Of a stretch of DNA of 35,340 bases, positions 22,101-32,478 are shown piece after piece. The stretch spans positions 1-35,340 of the forward strand of contig JAYZQJ010000252.1 of assembly GCA_036149055.1 (NCBI GenBank), given 5' to 3'. Source of the DNA: Myxococcota bacterium. GTDB taxonomy: Bacteria; Myxococcota_A; Polyangia; Polyangiales; Sandaracinaceae. The position numbers and the translations under genes are program-made. Every line of letters starts with the position of its first letter. Within the stretch, counting starts at the first letter, position 1. The notes under the pieces are model-generated. The model was given only the letters and a program-made list of their open reading frames with translations, had not been told where the DNA came from and ran no database searches.

Positions 22101-23954
22101 CCGCAAGACCTCTTCCAGGAGCGCGGCGGCGTAGGGGTGGGTGGGTGAGCGCTCGAGGGCCGCCCGCAGCGTCTCCACCGCCTCGTCCTGGCGGTCGGCG
22201 CGGGCCTCGGCCCGGGCGGCCGCGCAGAGATGAGCGGCGGCCGTCTCGGCGTCGGCGGCGCGCTCGGCGAGCGCGTGATGGGCCTTCGAGAGGAGCGCGT
22301 CGTCCCCCCGCGTCGCCGCGATCAGGCGCGCCAGATCGGGCGCCCAGCGGGCCGCGGCCGGGGTCTCGAGCGCCTGCTGCAGCACCGCGTCGGCCGCGTC
22401 CGCGTCGTCCAGGACGACCCGGGTCAGCTCGTGCAGATCGCGGAGCATCGCGCTCCGCTCCTCGTCGTCGAGCTCGGTCGCGAGCAGCGCGCGGACCCGG
22501 CGGACGGCGCCCTCGGCGTCGCCCAGGGTCATCGCCGCGGCCAGGCCCTCCCTCAGGATGGCGTCGACCGCGACGCGCTCGTCCTCTCCCGCGCGGGCCG
22601 CCTCGGCGGCGCCGGCGTAGAGCGCGCGCGCCTTGTCGGCGTCCTTCAGCGCGTAGGCCGCGAGGTGCGCGGCCTCCCAGAGGCGCTGCGCCCGGGCCGC
22701 GCCGGCCACCTCGGCGGCGCGCGCCTCGAGCTGCTCGACCACGCTCGCGTGATCGCCGCCCGCGCGGAGGAGGTCGTCCACCATCGCGGCGGCGACGGCC
22801 GAGCTCGGATCCGCCTCGAGCGCCCCGCGCATCTCGACCAGCGCGCGCTCGGCGTCCCCGCCGGCCTGGGCGCGCTCGGCGAGCCGGAACCGCAGCGCGG
22901 CCGCCGGCGGGCCCTCCACGCCGGCCTCGAGGAGACGCTCGGCCTCCCGGGCGGCGCCCTCGACGTCTCCGGCCAGCTCCTGCGCGAGCATGCGCTCGCA
23001 GCCGAGGAGCGGGTCGGCCTCGCGGAGCTGCGTGGCCTCGTCGTAGTCGTGCACGGCGCCGGGGGCGTCGTTGAGCTTCTGGAGGCGGAGACGCCCGGCC
23101 TCTCGATAGAGGGCGGCGGCGGTCGCGGCGGCGCGCGACTGGTCGGCGAACCGCTGCACGCTGTACGCGCCGGACGCCTGGCCGGCGTTCTCGCCGCGGG
23201 CCTCGGCCATCGCGAGCTTGGCGCGCCCCTCGAGCGCGACGATGAGCTCGGGGTAGCGCTCGGCCTTGCGCGCCACGCGCTCCAGCTGGGTCAGCACCCG
23301 CCAGCGGGCGGCCGGCGTGGTCACCGCGCCGCGCAGGGTCGAGAGCGCGCCCTCGAGGTCCCCGGCCTCCTCCTTCGCCCACGCCACCTCGAGGCGGAGC
23401 AGGGTGGCGAGGACCGGGTCCTGCACCAGGTCGGCGCGGGCCTCGATGATCTCGAGCGCGCCCTCGACGTCGCCGTCGACCAGGCGCTGCTGCTCGAGGA
23501 GGAGCGCGAGGTCTCCCGCCTCGCCCGCCTGCTCGAACGCGGCCTCGAAGAGCTGGCGCGCCTCGTCGAGCTCGCCGAGCTGATCGGCCATCAGGACCGC
23601 CCGATCGGCGAGCGCCGAGGCGGCCTCCCGAGGCGAGGTCGCGCTGCGGGCCTCGGCGTCGTAGAGGCGCAGCAGGTTCTTGCTGGAGCGCCGACGCTCG
23701 AAGATCGAGACCAGCGCGATCAGCGGCGGCCGGAACTGGGGATCGAGGTTGTAGGCGCCGAGGTACTCGCGGACCGCCTGCGCCTCGTTCGCGAGGGCGT
23801 GCTGCGTCAGGTGGCCGATCTCGTACTGGATGACGGCCTGACGGCTGCGATCGGGCGTCGCCTCGAGCTCCTGACGCAGCGCTTCGATCTGGGCTTCCGC
23901 GGCGCCGGCGTCGGCCTCGAGGCGCTCGTTCGTGCGGGGCGAAGGAGTGGTCAT
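19152..23954 (-). CDS. Giant (1600 aa) TPR protein with C-terminal M48-like domain
   Basis: ATG 23954; TPR helices throughout (YLGAYNLDPQF, YERALAASPTD); ends TAQRAGLLASND..ELLLFWLS..LRKKLG. Confidence 0.85.
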   Translation of the reverse strand: MTTPSPRTNERLEADAGAAEAQIEALRQELEATPDRSRQAVIQYEIGHLTQHALANEAQAVREYLGAYNLDPQFRPPLIALVSIFERRRSSKNLLRLYDAEARSATSPREAASALADRAVLMADQLGELDEARQLFEAAFEQAGEAGDLALLLEQQRLVDGDVEGALEIIEARADLVQDPVLATLLRLEVAWAKEEAGDLEGALSTLRGAVTTPAARWRVLTQLERVARKAERYPELIVALEGRAKLAMAEARGENAGQASGAYSVQRFADQSRAAATAAALYREAGRLRLQKLNDAPGAVHDYDEATQLREADPLLGCERMLAQELAGDVEGAAREAERLLEAGVEGPPAAALRFRLAERAQAGGDAERALVEMRGALEADPSSAVAAAMVDDLLRAGGDHASVVEQLEARAAEVAGAARAQRLWEAAHLAAYALKDADKARALYAGAAEAARAGEDERVAVDAILREGLAAAMTLGDAEGAVRRVRALLATELDDEERSAMLRDLHELTRVVLDDADAADAVLQQALETPAAARWAPDLARLIAATRGDDALLSKAHHALAERAADAETAAAHLCAAARAEARADRQDEAVETLRAALERSPTHPYAAALLEEVLRARGDADELVRLLREAAEKADAPRAAETRLLLAGAAAEAADRFEDAAQAYDEAAQRDPTSLAPVLAKRRLAEGRGDQAMLLAALEALSEREIAAGEPGRHTLALGEHYDLFGGQPERAEAPLRTALESETVGLHAAVDLALLPATEGDREARLMGLSRMLAHASDEARRGILREAAGVALDGHLDLARAEELLDELAERAPSDRWSPLGRLQLLATDPKRAAERADAWLALGRATDDPEVAAELLLHALRGQVFNAGEDALDDAVILAHEVLGEAPESLAAAVAMDEALGAGDDPEGRATALGTWTTHAAAGPTLSSAHGRALAAAGQPREALGVLLKVAVSEPEDLASWEAIRVAARECEAWEPLVEACDRLAHIVTDDELRMLLLEESAATLMDELGQDARAERRLRRILAIDARRPIAYGRLHDLLAERDDDAGLLELVSNRIELVDDPSELVKLFYEQARLLRSVGLREEALSALDNLLMLDGDHVGGLALLVELQVQQENFGGAVHALQSLAAAPDVPDSQRRIARLGAADFLEKKLDDAAGALDELNALHEIGLADREIYERMADVAVKIDRHDDAVTALAHAVEHASSAKAVARLERRAGAIHAEERLDRDAAVQAYERALAASPTDLEAGEALAMLLDGPERVEASQRFEQALRVLLDDDPTEPQILRKLRRAAAWRDDRGFDATLLAALVVLGEADEAEREAYAEHTQHFARAARGTLSAEELDAIRVRGDGGDVLQLARLLSESAAEMDGLEPSGFGLGRGDLVKGDDPLKTELGSLGAVFGLPAAELYRGGDDPARLDVMPHYKGHLSWTAGGQVAPPLTPDRRYTFGYLAAGVRMGVAPFVRRGAEGAALAIFAAAAAAEAPLQAGAGRDLEETTRRIYKAMPRRVRKSLPEKLASLEGGQRVDEWARRLTRTAQRAGLLASNDLHTALTRVLGRPPTREGVTSSIDARELLLFWLSPVTLGLRKKLGLAE

Positions 23955-24022
23955 GAAGCGGTGGAACCGTGCGGGACGAGCCCGCCCCGGGGGTGACCCG
24001 CCGGCTCTCGGACGGGGGCCGC

Positions 24023-24057
24023 ACCATACCGCGGACATTCGGGTTTTTGAACCCGAA
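24023..24057 (-). promoter_or_regulatory. Putative sigma70 promoter with overlapping inverted repeat, upstream of the TPR operon
   Basis: Minus strand TTCAAA-N17-TATGGT; palindrome TTCGGGTT-N4-AACCCGAA at 24038-24057. Confidence 0.4.
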
Positions 24058-24070
24058 GAAGCCGCCGCCG

Positions 24071-24880
24071 TCACTCTTCTCGGGCGACCTCGCCGTTCAT
24101 CCACCGGACCGCGAAGGCCACCCCCTCGGCCAGCTCGAAGAGGGTGGCCCGCGCCCGGCCGACCTCCCCCCGTCGGCAGGTCCGCTCCCGCTGGAACGCC
24201 CGCCCGATGTCGGGGAAACGTCGGCTGTCGTAGTCGGGCTCGGTCCACCGCACCCAGGCACGCGCTCCGTCCCGCTCCAGGGGGGCGCGGCGCTCGATCC
24301 GCCGGGGAGGGCGGGCCGACTCGTGCTCGGCGAGGTGGAAGGCGGTGCACGACGAGAAGCCGCAGCCGAGCAGCAGCACCCTGGCCCCGAGGCGGCGGAG
24401 GTGCCCCAGCGGGCCCGTCGGCCCGAGCGAGTCGGTCAGCGGGTGGTCGGCCACGATCGCGTCGGCCTCGGGCCCGAGGGCCACGAACGAGGTCTGCGGG
24501 TGGAGGCTCCGCCGCGCGCCGTCCAGCGTCCGGAGCAGCTCCGGGACCACGCCGACCCGGAAGCTGGGCCACGCGTCGGGGCGCCAGCCGGGCATCTCGT
24601 CCCGGAGCGCCGGCCACCAGGCCTCGGGGACCGGCGGGTTGGTCCACTCGACCGGGTCCGAGCAGTCGGCGCTGAAGGTGGGCGCCACCAGGGTCCCGCG
24701 GGGCCCCACCGCGCGGCGGAGCGCGGTGACCACCCCGGTCGCCCCGCCCACGACCATGGAGCCGGGGCCGCTGAGCGCCGACAGCGAGGTGTGGACGAGC
24801 AGGACGTCGCCCTCGGTCACCCCCAGCGCCGCGAGATCTCGCGTGATCGCGCTCGGGGTGATGGGCGGCGGCCGCCTCAC
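24071..24880 (-). CDS. AAC(3)/YokD-family (Antibiotic_NAT) N-acetyltransferase
   Basis: GTGA overlap with hut[42 protein letters not shown]...CTAFHLAE. Confidence 0.88.
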   Translation of the reverse strand: MRRPPPITPSAITRDLAALGVTEGDVLLVHTSLSALSGPGSMVVGGATGVVTALRRAVGPRGTLVAPTFSADCSDPVEWTNPPVPEAWWPALRDEMPGWRPDAWPSFRVGVVPELLRTLDGARRSLHPQTSFVALGPEADAIVADHPLTDSLGPTGPLGHLRRLGARVLLLGCGFSSCTAFHLAEHESARPPRRIERRAPLERDGARAWVRWTEPDYDSRRFPDIGRAFQRERTCRRGEVGRARATLFELAEGVAFAVRWMNGEVAREE

Positions 24881-26427
24881 GCCAGCCGTCCGGTCGCCTT
24901 CTCCGCGGCGCGGACCAGCGCGCCCTCGCGCAGCATCGCGGTGGTGGCGTCGATGTCGACGTGGAGCGGCCGGTCGCGCTCGAGCGTCGGCACCCGCTCG
25001 CGCAGCGCGAGGTGCGCCTCGCGGACGCCGGCTCCGGGCTTCAACGGCGCGCGCAGATCGAGCCCCTGCGCGGCGACCATGCCCTCGATCGCGAGCACCT
25101 GGCGCACGTGATCGGCGACGGTGCGGGCCTTGCGCGCCGAGATGCTCCCCATCGAGACGTGGTCCTCCTTGCCCGCCGACGACGGGATGGAGTCGACGCT
25201 CGACGGGTGACAGAGCACCTTGTTTTCGCTCACCAGCGCGGCGGCGGTGACCTGGGCCATCATGAAGCCCGAGTCGAGCCCGGTGTGCGGCGCCAGGAAC
25301 GGGGGCAGGCCGCTGCTCATCGCCGGGTTCACCAGCTGCTCGATGCGCCGCTCGGACGCGTTGGCCAGCTCGGCGATCGCGATGGCCGCGGTGTCGAGCG
25401 CGATCGCGAGCGGCTGGCCGTGGAAGTTGCCGCCGCTGATCACCTCGCCGGTCTCGCTGAACACGAGGGGGTTGTCGGTGGCGGCGACGATCTCCCGCTC
25501 GAGCACCTGCCGGGCCCAGCCGAGCGCGTCGCGGGAGGCGCCGTGGATCTGCGGCATGCAGCGCAGCGAGTAGGGGTCCTGCACCTTCTTGCAGTCCCGG
25601 TGGCTCTCCATGATCTCGCTGTCGGCGAGCAGGCCGCGCAGGTTCTCGGCCGTCAGCGCCTGACCGGGGTGCGGTCGCACCGCCTGGATCCGAGCGTCGA
25701 AGGGCCGGACGCTCCCCTGGAGCGCCTCGAGGCTCATCGCGCCGACCACGTCGGCCTGGGTGCACAGCTGCTCGCCCTCGACCACCGCGAGCGCGCCGAC
25801 CGCGAGGATCAGCTGGGTGCCGTTGATCAGCGCCAGCCCCTCCTTCGCCTGGAGCACCAGCGGCTCGAGCCCCACCGCCGCCAGCGCCTCGCCCCCCGGG
25901 AGCGCCCGACCCTCGAGATCGGCGCTGCCCTCACCGATCAGCACGAGCGCGAGGTGCGCGAGCGGCGCGAGGTCTCCCGAGGCGCCCACCGAGCCCTGCG
26001 ACGGCACGTGCGGGATCACGCCGCGGTCGAGCATCGCCACCAGCAGGTCGATGATCTCGGGGCGGGCGCCCGAGCAGCCCATCGCGATGGTCTGGGCCCG
26101 CAGCGCCATCATGCCGCGCACCGCGTCGTGGGGGAGCCGCGCCCCGACCCCGCACGCGTGGCTCCGCACGAGGTTGTGCTGCAGCGTCCGGATCTGGTCG
26201 GCCCGGATGCGGGTCTCGGCGAGCGCGCCGAAGCCGGTGTTCACGCCGTAGACGTTCGGGGCCTCGTCGCCCGCGTCCGCGAGCCGATCGATCACCGCGC
26301 GCGCCTTCGCGACCCGCTCGCGCGCGGCCTCGGGGAAGACGAGCTTCGCCGTCCCGCGCGAGATCGCGACCAGCTCGTCGAGGGTCCACGCCTCCCCGAG
26401 GGGCACTTCGGAGCGTCCGGAATTCAT
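24877..26427 (-). CDS. hutH: Histidine ammonia-lyase
   Basis: [14 protein letters not shown] (His-specific SH), MIO-forming [41 protein letters not shown]. Start 26427 or 26439. Confidence 0.93.
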   Translation of the reverse strand: MNSGRSEVPLGEAWTLDELVAISRGTAKLVFPEAARERVAKARAVIDRLADAGDEAPNVYGVNTGFGALAETRIRADQIRTLQHNLVRSHACGVGARLPHDAVRGMMALRAQTIAMGCSGARPEIIDLLVAMLDRGVIPHVPSQGSVGASGDLAPLAHLALVLIGEGSADLEGRALPGGEALAAVGLEPLVLQAKEGLALINGTQLILAVGALAVVEGEQLCTQADVVGAMSLEALQGSVRPFDARIQAVRPHPGQALTAENLRGLLADSEIMESHRDCKKVQDPYSLRCMPQIHGASRDALGWARQVLEREIVAATDNPLVFSETGEVISGGNFHGQPLAIALDTAAIAIAELANASERRIEQLVNPAMSSGLPPFLAPHTGLDSGFMMAQVTAAALVSENKVLCHPSSVDSIPSSAGKEDHVSMGSISARKARTVADHVRQVLAIEGMVAAQGLDLRAPLKPGAGVREAHLALRERVPTLERDRPLHVDIDATTAMLREGALVRAAEKATGRLA

Positions 26428-26505
26428 GCCCGCGACCATGCATCGGGCCGCGAGCCGATGCCACCGCGCCTGGCGAGGCCGGGCGCGATCGGCTAGCGCG
26501 GAGAC

Positions 26506-26826
26506 ATGCACGTCGAAGCCGGCGAGGTCGCGCGCCTCGGGAACCTCCTCCTGGTGAAGCTCTGGCGCGGTGAGGCCAGCCTCCTGACGATCAGCCCGGG
26601 CGGTGAGGTGGCGCTGGGCTCGGACGCCGAGGTGGTGGCGGCCGCCGAGGTGCCCCCCGGGACCGGGCGCATGCTCGGGGCGCGGTACCTGGAGATGGCC
26701 GGCCTCGAGGGCGCCGGTGAAGGGCGCATCGAGCTGCTCTTCGGCGAACGCGGCGGCGCCTCCTACGCGGTGGAGCGCACCGCCGAGGGGCAGCTCCGGG
26801 TCCGACTCGTGGATCGGTCCGCGTGA
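26506..26826 (+). CDS. Hypothetical protein
   Basis: GGAG RBS, ATG, genome-like codon usage. Confidence 0.55.
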   Translation: MHVEAGEVARLGNLLLVKLWRGEASLLTISPGGEVALGSDAEVVAAAEVPPGTGRMLGARYLEMAGLEGAGEGRIELLFGERGGASYAVERTAEGQLRVRLVDRSA

Positions 26827-27173
26827 TGTCGGACCCGACCCCCTGGGGCATGTTCGCCGCCGTCGGCGGGATCTTCGTGCTGACCTTCGTCTGGCTCGTC
26901 TGTCAGGTCGGCCTCGCCGTGCGGGCGAGCCGGCGCGAGGGGGCGCTGTCCCGCCCGGCGCTCGTCCTGTGGATCGTCGCCGTCGCCGGTATGTTCACCG
27001 GCCCCTGCGTCGGCCTCTTCGGGCCCGCCACCGCCCTCGTGGCCGCGATCCGGCTCGGCGGGGCCGAGGGCAAGGACCGCGACGCCTACCTCGCCGTCCT
27101 CCTCTCGGGCGGCCTGGCGACCCTCATGGTCCTGGTCGCCGTCGTCGGCGCGCTCCTCAGCGGCGCAGCGTGA
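26826..27173 (+). CDS. Small integral membrane protein
   Basis: Start overlaps the previous stop; 3-4 hydrophobic helices. Confidence 0.65.
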   Translation: MSDPTPWGMFAAVGGIFVLTFVWLVCQVGLAVRASRREGALSRPALVLWIVAVAGMFTGPCVGLFGPATALVAAIRLGGAEGKDRDAYLAVLLSGGLATLMVLVAVVGALLSGAA

Positions 27174-27311
27174 ATTTTGCGCCAGCGTCGCCGCCGCGCG
27201 CTGAGCTCCGTTGAGGGAAGCGCCGCGTCGCGACTAGCCGACAAGCCGGGGCCCCCGGAGGGGAGGGCGGCCAGCTCGCGCAAAGCGCGAGCGCGAGCCG
27301 CACGGAGTGGG

Positions 27312-27349
27312 TTGGGGGGTCGGACCCGATCGGACCCGACCCCGCCCAA
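27312..27349. terminator. GC-rich hairpin between convergent genes, just after the sodB stop
   Basis: TTGGGGGGTCGG pairs with CCGACCCCGCCCAA (one small bulge); no clear U-tract. Confidence 0.4.
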
Positions 27350-27352
27350 GAA

Positions 27353-27928
27353 TCACAGCTGCTTGTTGGCGTGGTCCCAGTTGACCAGGTTCCACCACGC
27401 CTCGATGTACTTGGGGCGCGCGTTCCGGTAGTCGATGTAGTAGGCGTGCTCCCAGACGTCGCAGGTGAGCACGGGCTTCTTGTCCATCGTGAGCGGGTTG
27501 CCCGCGTCGTGGGTGTCGACGATCTCGAGCTTGTCACCGCTCTTGACCACCCAGGCCCAGCCGCTGGCGAAGTGGCCGCCCGCGACGTTCGAGAACTTCT
27601 CCTTGAACGCGGAGAAGCTGCCGAAGCTCGCGTTGATCGCGTCGGCGATCTTGCCGGTGGGCTCGCCGCCGCCGTTGGGGCTCAGGCTGTTCCAGTAGAA
27701 GGTGTGGTTCCACACCTGGGCCGCGTTGTTGAACACGCCGCCGGACTGGCTCTTGATGAGCTCCTCGAGGCTCTTGCCCTGGAGCGAGGCGTCGTCCTCG
27801 ACCGCCTTGTTGAGCTTGTTGACGTAGCCCTGATGATGCTTGCCGTAGTGGAACTCCAGGGTCTCCTGGGAGATGTGCGGCGCCAGGGCGTCCTTGGCGT
27901 AGGGCAACTCGGGTAGCGTGAATGCCAT
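27353..27928 (-). CDS. sodB: Fe superoxide dismutase
   Basis: AAGGAG RBS; LPELPY, HYGKHH, FNNAAQVWNH (Fe-type AAQ), DVWEHAYY. Confidence 0.95.
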   Translation of the reverse strand: MAFTLPELPYAKDALAPHISQETLEFHYGKHHQGYVNKLNKAVEDDASLQGKSLEELIKSQSGGVFNNAAQVWNHTFYWNSLSPNGGGEPTGKIADAINASFGSFSAFKEKFSNVAGGHFASGWAWVVKSGDKLEIVDTHDAGNPLTMDKKPVLTCDVWEHAYYIDYRNARPKYIEAWWNLVNWDHANKQL

Positions 27929-28040
27929 CGTTCTCTCCTTCTCCGCTGCGCTCTCATCCGCGGCGGCGGCTCGTCGTGAGCTCGGTGGATAGACGCGGAC
28001 GGCGGTTCCCAAAGAGGGCCCGCTCCCCGCGCGGGCCGCC

Positions 28041-28069
28041 ACTCTAGGGCGGCTCCGCGCTGCCGTAAA
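28041..28069 (-). promoter_or_regulatory. Putative sigma70 promoter of sodB
   Basis: Minus strand TTTACG-N17-TAGAGT. Confidence 0.5.
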
Positions 28070-28086
28070 GGGCCGTCTCGGGCCGG

Positions 28087-28185
28087 GATTGACAGATTAA
28101 CAGAACCGGCGCGGTTTCGTTTGCAGGTCCCATCATTCGGCGCGAGGATCCGGCCGTATCACGGGCCTGGGAGCCGATTGACAGA
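28087..28185. promoter_or_regulatory. Repeated TT(G/A)ACAGA boxes, candidate operator
   Basis: TTGACAGA-TTAACAGA tandem at 28089-28104; GATTGACAGA occurs at both 28087-28096 and 28176-28185. Confidence 0.45.
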
Positions 28186-28186
28186 C

Positions 28187-29678
28187 ATGAAAGAAAGTCA
28201 CGAGCAGATGGGCCGCAGGCTCCGCGAGCTCCGCCTCGAGCGGGGGCTCCAGCAGGGCGAGGTCGCGCGCCGGCTGGGGGTCTCGGCCGCGTACATGAGC
28301 CTCATCGAGAAGGGGAAGCGATCGGTGCAGCTGCCGCTCCTCTTCAAGGCGCTCGAGATCTACGGCGTCGGCATGGAGGACTTCATGTCGAGCCTCGGTG
28401 AGGCGAGGGTCGACGACGGGCTCGCGCGCCTCCTCGACGAGCCGCTCCTCAAGACGCTCAACCTCAGCCGCGAGGACCTCGCCAGCCTCGGCGCGGAGCC
28501 CAAGGTGGCCACCACCATCACCGCGCTCTTCAACCTCTACAAGAACACCCGCGGTCAGCTCGACCACCTGCTCGCGGATCTGGCGCGGCGCGAGCGGGAC
28601 GACGCGCGGGAGGGCGGAGAGCTCGCCTTCGACTACTCGCCCTTCGACGAGGTCACCGACTTCCTCGAGCGCCACGGCAACTACTTCCCGTCGATCGAGG
28701 AGCGCGCCGACGCCCTCCGCCGCGACGCCGGGATCGGAGATCAGGTCACCAGCGGCGAGCTCGTCCGGGCCCTCGAGGCCAAGGGCGTCTCGGTGGAGCT
28801 CGTCGGGTCCGACGGCGACAGCAGCGTCATCCGCCGCTTCGATCCGGACGGCGGCAGCCTGCGGCTCTCGGTCGACGTGCCCGAGCACCGCCGCAAGTTC
28901 CAGCTCGCGGTCGCGATCGGGCTGCGGCTGCTCGACGAGGAGGCGCTGCACCGCCCGATCGTCGCCGACCACGTCGCCCAGCACGGGGAGACCGACCGGC
29001 TGCTGAAGATCCACCTCGCGAACTACTTCGCGGGGGCGCTGCTGCTCCCCTACGGGCCGTTCTTCGAGCACGTGACCCGCACCCGCTACGACGTGGATCG
29101 GCTCGGCTCGATCTTCGCCGCCAGCTACGAGACGGTCGCGCACCGCATCTGCAACCTCGGCGATCCGGAGCGCCGCGGGGTGCCGTTCCACTTCCTGCGG
29201 GTCGACGTCGCCGGCAACATCTCCAAGCGCTACTCGTCGACCGGCCTCAAGTTCCCGCACGGGACCGGCAGCTGCCCGAAATGGGTCGTGCACACCGCCT
29301 TCCTCGCGCCGCACGAGATCCATCGGCAGTATTCGGAGTTCCCCGACGGCTCACGCTACTTCTGCTTCGCGCGGGTGCAGGCCGAGCCGCACCGCGGATC
29401 GCTGACCCGCGGCACCGTCTACAGCATCGGGCTCGGCACCCACGCCGAGCACGCCAAGCACCTGGCGTACGCCGACGAGATCCCCTTCGTCGACCCGCAG
29501 AAGATGGCGATGCCGGTGGGCACGACCTGCCGCTTCTGCGAGCGGACCGACTGCAACCAGCGCGCGGCGCCGAGCTACAAGTTCGCCTTCCGCGTCGACG
29601 AGTACATCAAGAAGGACAACTTCTTTTCGCCGCTGGTCAGCGACGATCAGGAGCAGCCCGACGTGGACGCCGAGCGCC

Positions 29679-29692
<14 letters not shown>
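28187..29692 (+). CDS. XRE-family short-chain fatty acyl-CoA regulator (ScfR/RamB/PrpR-like)
   Basis: N-terminal XRE HTH; LANYFAGALLLPY, SYETVAHR, VPFHFLRVDVAGNISKR, C-terminal CRFCERTDCNQRA. Confidence 0.9.
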
Positions 29693-31094
<1,402 letters not shown>

Positions 31095-31159
31095 GCTTCA
31101 GGTGGGTCATACGGCGCATGGGGCCTCCGGGTTGAGGGGGAACCTGATACACCGCCCCC

Positions 31160-31723
31160 GTGACGCGCTTCTCGAACCTCTGCGGCGTGGACGACGCCCC
31201 GTTCGCGCGCAGCCACCGCGGCGACGTGGCGATCGTCGGCGCGATCACCACCCGCCGGCGCCTGGACGGCGTGATCACCGGCAAGGTGAGGCGGGACGGG
31301 GCCAACGCGACCGCCCAGGTGGCGGCGATGATCGGGGGCTCGCCCTTCCGGGAGCACGTTCAGGCGCTGGTGCTGAACGGGATCGCGCTCGCCGGCTTCA
31401 ACGTGGTGGACCTGGCCGCGCTCCACGCCGAGACCGGCCTCCCGGTGCTCGTCGTCGCGCGCAAGGCCCCCGACATGGCCGCGATCCGGCGCGCCCTGAT
31501 GCGCCGGGTCCCCGGAGGCGCGAGGAAGTGGCGCCTGATCGAGGCGGCCGGCCCCATGGAGCGGTGCGAGGGGGTGTACGTGCAGCGGGCGGGGATCTCG
31601 GAGGCGGGCGCCGCGCAGCTCGTCCGGGACGCGCGCGTCCAGGGGGCGATCCCGGAGCCGATCCGGCTGGCTCACCTCATCGCCGGCGCGCTCGGCCGGG
31701 GCACCAGCAAGGGCGGCGCGTGA
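31160..31723 (+). CDS. DUF99 family protein (endonuclease V-like fold)
   Basis: GVDDAPF, LDGV...DG.NAT, GIALAGFNVVDL, IPEPIRLAHLIA. Confidence 0.85.
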   Translation: MTRFSNLCGVDDAPFARSHRGDVAIVGAITTRRRLDGVITGKVRRDGANATAQVAAMIGGSPFREHVQALVLNGIALAGFNVVDLAALHAETGLPVLVVARKAPDMAAIRRALMRRVPGGARKWRLIEAAGPMERCEGVYVQRAGISEAGAAQLVRDARVQGAIPEPIRLAHLIAGALGRGTSKGGA

Positions 31724-32475
31724 CCCACCCTCGCGACTGCGACCGCGCTCGACTCCCGGCCGCGCTGGCCGACCTCTTCGAGCCGCTGCCGGCCGATCCG
31801 TGGATCGACGCCTTCGTCGCCGCCGCCCGGCCGCACGGCGGGCTGAAGGCGGCCGCGCACGCCGGACTCCGACGCTTCGTCAGCGACTTCGACGCGGACG
31901 GGCTGCTCGGCACCCACCCGATGGCCCTGCTCGGCGAGGCCTCCTGGGAGGCGCTGGTCGGTCGCGGCGCTCGCCTGCTCGACGTGGGCGCGGGCAGCGG
32001 CGACGTCACCGCCCAGGCCCGGGCGCTCTTCGACGAGATCGTGACCACCGAGACCTCGGGGCCGATGGCGAGGCGCCTCCGGGGTCGCGGCTTCGAGTGC
32101 CACCGCGTCGATCTCGCCCGCGTGCGCCTCGACGAGAGGCCCTTCGACGTCGTCTCGCTGCTCAACGTGCTCGACCGCACCGACCGGCCCCGGACGCTCC
32201 TCCGCGCGGCGGTCTCGCAGCTCGCCCCGGGCGGCCGCCTGCTGCTGAGCGTGCCGCTCCCGGCCGCCCCGCACGTCGATCGCGGCGCGCTCACCGTGGA
32301 TCCGGACGAGCCGATGGCCGGCTACGGGGAGACCTGGGAGGCGGCGCTGGCCGATCTCTGCGCCGATCTGCTCGGCGAGCTCACGCTCGAGCGGCTCGCC
32401 CGCGCCCCGTACCTCACGGTCGGCAAGGAGGGCCTCCGCGCCCTCGACGCCGCGCTGGTCGTCGCCGCGCCTTGA
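31720..32475 (+). CDS. METTL9/DREV-family class I SAM methyltransferase
   Basis: GTGA overlap; GLLG..PM, RLLDVGAGSGDVT, FDEIVTTETS..M, FDVVSLLNVLDR.D.P.TLL, PYL..G, LDAALVV, colinear with METTL9. Confidence 0.8.
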   Translation: MTHPRDCDRARLPAALADLFEPLPADPWIDAFVAAARPHGGLKAAAHAGLRRFVSDFDADGLLGTHPMALLGEASWEALVGRGARLLDVGAGSGDVTAQARALFDEIVTTETSGPMARRLRGRGFECHRVDLARVRLDERPFDVVSLLNVLDRTDRPRTLLRAAVSQLAPGGRLLLSVPLPAAPHVDRGALTVDPDEPMAGYGETWEAALADLCADLLGELTLERLARAPYLTVGKEGLRALDAALVVAAP

Positions 32476-32478
32476 GGC

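Noticed and set aside
19156..24027. Stop-free extension making a 3842-aa ORF, suggesting a fusion or frameshift
   Set aside because: Arg/Gly-rich off-frame shadow expected at high GC3; a clean ATGA junction explains two separate genes.
26449..26464. TGGCAT sigma54-like site upstream of hutH
   Set aside because: GG to GC spacing is 9 nt, not 10.
28089..28117. TTGACA as the -35 of the regulator gene
   Set aside because: No plausible -10 at 16-18 nt; treated as a repeat box instead.
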